From Chloroflexota bacterium (GTDB taxonomy: Bacteria; Chloroflexota; Limnocylindria; QHBO01): 64,000 bases of DNA. This document shows, piece by piece, positions 60,821 through 64,000 of the stretch. The first letter of the stretch is position 1; each line of letters begins with the position of its first letter. The notes beneath the pieces were generated by a model. It had not been told where the DNA came from. It ran no database searches and saw nothing but the letters and a program-made list of their open reading frames with translations. The stretch lies in contig JBBDRZ010000003.1 in the NCBI GenBank assembly GCA_040905185.1, forward strand, positions 137,339-201,338, in the 5' to 3' direction. The position numbers were made by a program, and so were the translations under genes.

Positions 60821-61924
60821 TCAGCGCCCACCGACGAATTGCTGCAGGAACCGCAGGTCGGCGGTCATCAGGAGGCGCAGGTCCGGGATGGCGTGGCGCA
60901 GCAGGGTCATCCGATCCAGGCCCATCCCAAAGGCGTAGCCCTGGTACTCGTCCGGGTCCAGGCCGCCGTTGCTCAGGACCGTCGGATGCACCATCCCGGC
61001 GCCCAGGATGGTCATCCAGCCCGTCCGCCCGCAGGCCGGGCAGCCAGGCCCGCCGCACACCAGGCACCCGATGTCGAACGCCGCGCTGGGCTCGGTGAAC
61101 GGGTAGTAGCCGGGCCGGAACCGGGTTCGGGTGCCGTCCCCGAACATGGCGCGCGCGAACTCCTCGAGCATGCCCTTCAGGTCCGCCAGGCTCGTGTCGC
61201 GGTCCACCACCAGGCCCTCGACCTGGAAAAACTCGAAGCCGTGCGCGGCGTCGACCGCCTCGTACCGATAGCAGCGGCCCGGCATGAGGACCCGGATCGG
61301 CGGGCTGAGCGCCCGCATGGCGCGGATCTGGACCGGGGAGGTATGGGTTCGCAGGATCGTGCCGTCCTCGGCAGGGCGCGGCGACCCGGCCTCCACCGAC
61401 CCCGGCTCCGCCACGTACAGCGTGTCCCACAGGTCCCGCGACGGGTGATCGGGCGCGATGTTCAGCAGCTCGAAGTTCATGAGGTCCGATTCGATCTCCG
61501 GTCCCTCGAAGACTTCGAACCCGAAGGCGTGAAAGATCTCCCGCAGGTCGCGCTCGACGGTCATCAGCGGGTGGAGGTGGCCCACGCGGACCGGCCGTCC
61601 GGGGGCGGTCATGTCGAGCGCCTCGTGGACGAGGCGTTGGCTGAGCTCTCCTTGGGCCAGGCGTTCAAGGCGGATCGCGATAGCAGCTTCAAGCTCGCGG
61701 CGGGCGTCGTTGGCCGTCGCTCCCACTGCGGGTCGATCAGCGGCCGGGAGCGCGGCGAGGCCGCGCAGGAGGGCGGTCAACGCCCCGGATCGGCCCAGCA
61801 CCTCGTGGTGAAGCCCCTCGACCGTGGCTGTGTCCGGGGCTGTGGCCAGGCGGGCCAGCGCATCGGCCTTGGTCCGGGCGACCTCGGCCAGCATGGCTGC
61901 GGCCGGATCAGTCGGGGCGCTCAT
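60821..61924 (-). CDS. pheS: Phenylalanine--tRNA ligase alpha subunit
   Basis: Class II aaRS motifs (FHAFGFEVFEGPEIE, MPGRCYRYE, GAGMVHP). Confidence 0.95.
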   Translation of the reverse strand: MSAPTDPAAAMLAEVARTKADALARLATAPDTATVEGLHHEVLGRSGALTALLRGLAALPAADRPAVGATANDARRELEAAIAIRLERLAQGELSQRLVHEALDMTAPGRPVRVGHLHPLMTVERDLREIFHAFGFEVFEGPEIESDLMNFELLNIAPDHPSRDLWDTLYVAEPGSVEAGSPRPAEDGTILRTHTSPVQIRAMRALSPPIRVLMPGRCYRYEAVDAAHGFEFFQVEGLVVDRDTSLADLKGMLEEFARAMFGDGTRTRFRPGYYPFTEPSAAFDIGCLVCGGPGCPACGRTGWMTILGAGMVHPTVLSNGGLDPDEYQGYAFGMGLDRMTLLRHAIPDLRLLMTADLRFLQQFVGGR

Positions 61925-61960
61925 CGGTCAGGCCATCTCCATCGGTCAGTCGTCATTGTC

Positions 61961-62030
61961 GGTGAAACAAACGACCCCGCTCCGTCATCCGGAGCAGGGC
62001 CGTGGGACCGGCGCCAGCGGGGCGCCGGTC
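61961..62030 (-). terminator. Two tandem hairpins in the rplT-pheS intergenic region, the second followed by UUUGUUU; candidate rplT terminator or pheST attenuator
   Basis: On the minus strand, gaccggcgcc-ccgct-ggcgccggtc is a perfect 10-bp stem ending at the rplT stop. It is followed by ccctgctccg-gatga-cggagcgggg (10 bp, one mismatch) and then gtcgtttgtttcac. Confidence 0.45.
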
Positions 62031-62388
62031 AGCTGCTAAACGAGGCCAGGGCCATCTCGACCATCTTTCGGAACGCGGCCGGCTCACGGATCGCCAGGTC
62101 GGCGAGCTGCTTGCGGTTGACCTCGATCCCCGCCGACTTCAGCCCGGACACGAATCGCCCATACGGCATGCCGTGGGACCGGGACGCGGCGTTGATGCGC
62201 TGGATCCACAGCCGGCGCATGTCGCGCTTCCGGTCTCGGCGGTCGCGGTACGCGTAACGCAGGGCGTGGAACAGCGCCTCGCGGGCAGGGCGGATCAGCT
62301 TCGAGCGCGTCATCCGACGGCCCTTGGCCTGCCTCAGCAGGCGCTTGTGCCGGCGGTGGGCGGGAACGCCGCGCTTGACTCTTGCCAT
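62029..62388 (-). CDS. rplT: 50S ribosomal protein L20
   Basis: MARVKRGVPAHRRHKRLLRQAKG is the canonical L20 N-terminus. Confidence 0.95.
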   Translation of the reverse strand: MARVKRGVPAHRRHKRLLRQAKGRRMTRSKLIRPAREALFHALRYAYRDRRDRKRDMRRLWIQRINAASRSHGMPYGRFVSGLKSAGIEVNRKQLADLAIREPAAFRKMVEMALASFSS

Positions 62389-62404
62389 CGGTCGTTACAG
62401 GTCC

Positions 62405-62602
62405 CTACTCGTACGGCATGAGCCGCCTGAGCTGGGCGGCGTGGGCCGGACTGACCTCTGCCATCCCCGCGTAGCGACGCTTGCGCCGGCTGGACTTGAT
62501 CTCCAGGTGATGGCCACGCCAGGCCTTGGGCCGGAGCCACTTGCCCGAACCCGACTTGCGGTATCGCTTGGCGGTGCCCTTGTGGGTCTTCATCTTTGGC
62601 AT
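62405..62602 (-). CDS. rpmI: 50S ribosomal protein L35
   Basis: MPKMKTHKGTAKRYRKSGSGK is the canonical L35 N-terminus. Confidence 0.9.
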   Translation of the reverse strand: MPKMKTHKGTAKRYRKSGSGKWLRPKAWRGHHLEIKSSRRKRRYAGMAEVSPAHAAQLRRLMPYE

Positions 62603-62617
62603 GCTTGTTCCCCTGAC

Positions 62618-63334
62618 CTACGCCGCCGGCGGTGCCGGCCGCGGCTCGTCGCCCTCTACCTCTGGGGCCACTGCTTCCGGTGGCACCTCTGATGCCACCG
62701 GTTCGGGCGCCACTTCTGGCACCTGTCCCTTGGCCGCCAATGCCTCCCCAATCGTCTCGCCCGGAGTTTCCGGGGCGGCTGCCCCATCGGTCTGGCCCGG
62801 CTGGTCGTCTCTGCGCTCGACCTTGGAACCAGGCGGAGCCATCACGATGAACAGGCTCCGGCCTTCCATCAGCGGTGATCGTTCCATCACTCCGTGGTCA
62901 CCGATCATCTCGGCCGCCCGATCGAGCAATGCCCGTCCGAGCTGCGGGTGATTGAGCTCCCGCCCGCGGAACTGCACCGCCACTTTCACCCGGTCGCCGT
63001 CATCCAGGAACTGGGACGCCCGGCGGGTCTTGGTCTCCAGGTCGTGCCTGTCGATCTTGACCCGGAACCGGATCTCCTTGAAGGTCTGCGACTTCTGGCG
63101 CTTTTTCGTTTCGCGTTCGCGCTTCTGGATCTCGTACTTGTACTGCCCGTAGTCGAGGAACCGACACACCGGGGGGACCGCCGTGGGAGCCACCTCGACC
63201 AGGTCGAGGCCACGCTCCTGCGCCAGCGCGAGAGCCTCCGCGGTCGGCATCACGCCGAGCTGCTGACCCTCGTCGTCGATGACCCGGACCTCGCGGACAC
63301 GGATCATGTCGTTGGTGCGGAGGTCCTTGGCTAT
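62618..63334 (-). CDS. infC: Translation initiation factor IF-3, probably initiating at a non-AUG (AUA) codon at 63334; the first AUG is at 63307
   Basis: IF-3 N- and C-domains plus an acidic/Pro-rich C-terminal extension. The in-frame ATA at 63334 lies 9 nt after a GAAGGAG SD and just after an in-frame TAG. It restores the conserved N-terminal region (DLRTNDMIRVREVRVID). Confidence 0.85.
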   Translation of the reverse strand: MAKDLRTNDMIRVREVRVIDDEGQQLGVMPTAEALALAQERGLDLVEVAPTAVPPVCRFLDYGQYKYEIQKRERETKKRQKSQTFKEIRFRVKIDRHDLETKTRRASQFLDDGDRVKVAVQFRGRELNHPQLGRALLDRAAEMIGDHGVMERSPLMEGRSLFIVMAPPGSKVERRDDQPGQTDGAAAPETPGETIGEALAAKGQVPEVAPEPVASEVPPEAVAPEVEGDEPRPAPPAA

Positions 63335-63457
63335 CGGTATCTACTCCTTCAACACGTGAGCCACGGTCCGATGACGGACGCGTGGCCCACATCTGCGCGA
63401 TATGCCGGCCGACTATACACCGATGCCAAAACGAGGGTCAACGAGGCGAGCCCGATC

Positions 63458-64000
63458 TCAGGAGCGGTACGCAGCGGACTCCTCCGCGGCGACCGGCCAT
63501 AGCTCGCGGGCGGCGATGCGGGACGAGAGGTCGGCTACGAACTCGGCGAGCGGCACGCCCTGACGCTCCTCACCGGTTCGAAGTCGCGGGCTGACGGCGC
63601 GGGCCTCGACATCCCGATCCCCCACCACCAGCATGACGGGGACCTGCTGCTGCTGGGCATCACGGACCTTGGCCTGCATCCGCTCCGTCCGGTCGTCGAC
63701 CTCGGCCCGGATCCCGGCCGCACCCAGGGCGGAACGCACTTCCTCGGCGTAGGCCACGTGCCGGTCCGCGATCGGGATCACGACCGCCTGGACCGGCGCC
63801 AGCCAGGCCGGGAAGGCGCCGGCGAAATGCTCGGTGATGACCCCGATCCAGCGCTCGAACGAACCATAGATGGCGTAGTGGAGCACCGCGGGCCGTTCGA
63901 ACCCGCCATCCGCGGTCCGGTACTCGAGGTCGAAACGCTGGGGTAGCTGGTAGTCGAGCTGGATGGTGGCCATCTGCCACTCGCGACCCAGCGCGTCGTC
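63458..64000 (-). CDS. thrS: Threonine--tRNA ligase, C-terminal portion (5' part lies beyond the window end)
   Basis: Anticodon-binding domain similarity (QVAVIPIADRHVAYAEEVR...). The thrS-infC-rpmI-rplT-pheST order is the canonical cluster. Confidence 0.9.
   Translation of the reverse strand, partial: DDALGREWQMATIQLDYQLPQRFDLEYRTADGGFERPAVLHYAIYGSFERWIGVITEHFAGAFPAWLAPVQAVVIPIADRHVAYAEEVRSALGAAGIRAEVDDRTERMQAKVRDAQQQQVPVMLVVGDRDVEARAVSPRLRTGEERQGVPLAEFVADLSSRIAARELWPVAAEESAAYRS

Noticed and set aside
61925-62028. T-box riboswitch upstream of pheS.
   Set aside because: The spacer is only 104 nt. It lacks the specifier-loop/T-box consensus and is too short for a T-box leader. It is described as simple tandem hairpins instead.

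Overview
This is a 64-kb window of a high-GC (~70%), gene-dense bacterial chromosome with almost no non-coding DNA. The gene content (RNase Y with YmdB, RNase J, MutS2, an F420-dependent LLM oxidoreductase, RecX) suggests a Terrabacteria lineage such as Chloroflexota or relatives rather than a classical actinobacterium. This is inferred from gene content only.

Gene order, left to right:
- **Translation and RNA-turnover block:** infB (3' part), rbfA, a DHH nanoRNase, truB, ribF, rpsO, pnp.
- **DNA and cell-division block:** family-4 UDG, RNase J, FtsK, a RodZ-like protein, YajQ, PncC and a MurC-like ligase.
- **Minus-strand block:** hflX, miaA, ymdB, rny, an LLM oxidoreductase, recX, recA, tgt, queA.
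- **Purine-catabolic supercluster (about 26.4 to 45.2 kb):** an NCS2 purine permease, mocA, xdhC, a three-subunit xanthine dehydrogenase, a cyclic amidohydrolase (allantoinase-like), HIU hydrolase, OHCU decarboxylase, uricase and malate synthase. ruvB, a nucleotidyl-cyclase STAND ATPase and several small unknown proteins are interspersed among these.
- **Right-hand block:** ruvA, ruvC, yebC, an EF-G paralog, tyrS, a class-A PBP, mutS2, mpg, cvpA, pheST, rplT, rpmI, infC and the 3' end of thrS.

The most striking feature is the pnp gene. Its 877-aa product carries an apparently intact DnaQ-like DEDDh 3'-5' exonuclease domain inserted in-frame into the alpha-helical domain between the two RNase PH domains.

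Other points worth a second look:
- the adenylyl-cyclase/NB-ARC/TPR protein translationally coupled to the xanthine dehydrogenase operon;
- a probable non-AUG (AUA) start of infC;
- a 49-codon, strongly basic ORF with high GC3 wedged between tgt and recA;
- two divergent gene pairs with starts only 9 to 15 bp apart;
- a perfect 21-bp tandem duplication at the pncC start;
- an 18-bp perfect palindrome upstream of rny;
- an mpg gene with no canonical start codon near its conserved N-terminus.

No tRNA or rRNA genes, CRISPR arrays or mobile elements were recognised. Most long antisense ORFs in the six-frame track are high-GC artefacts.
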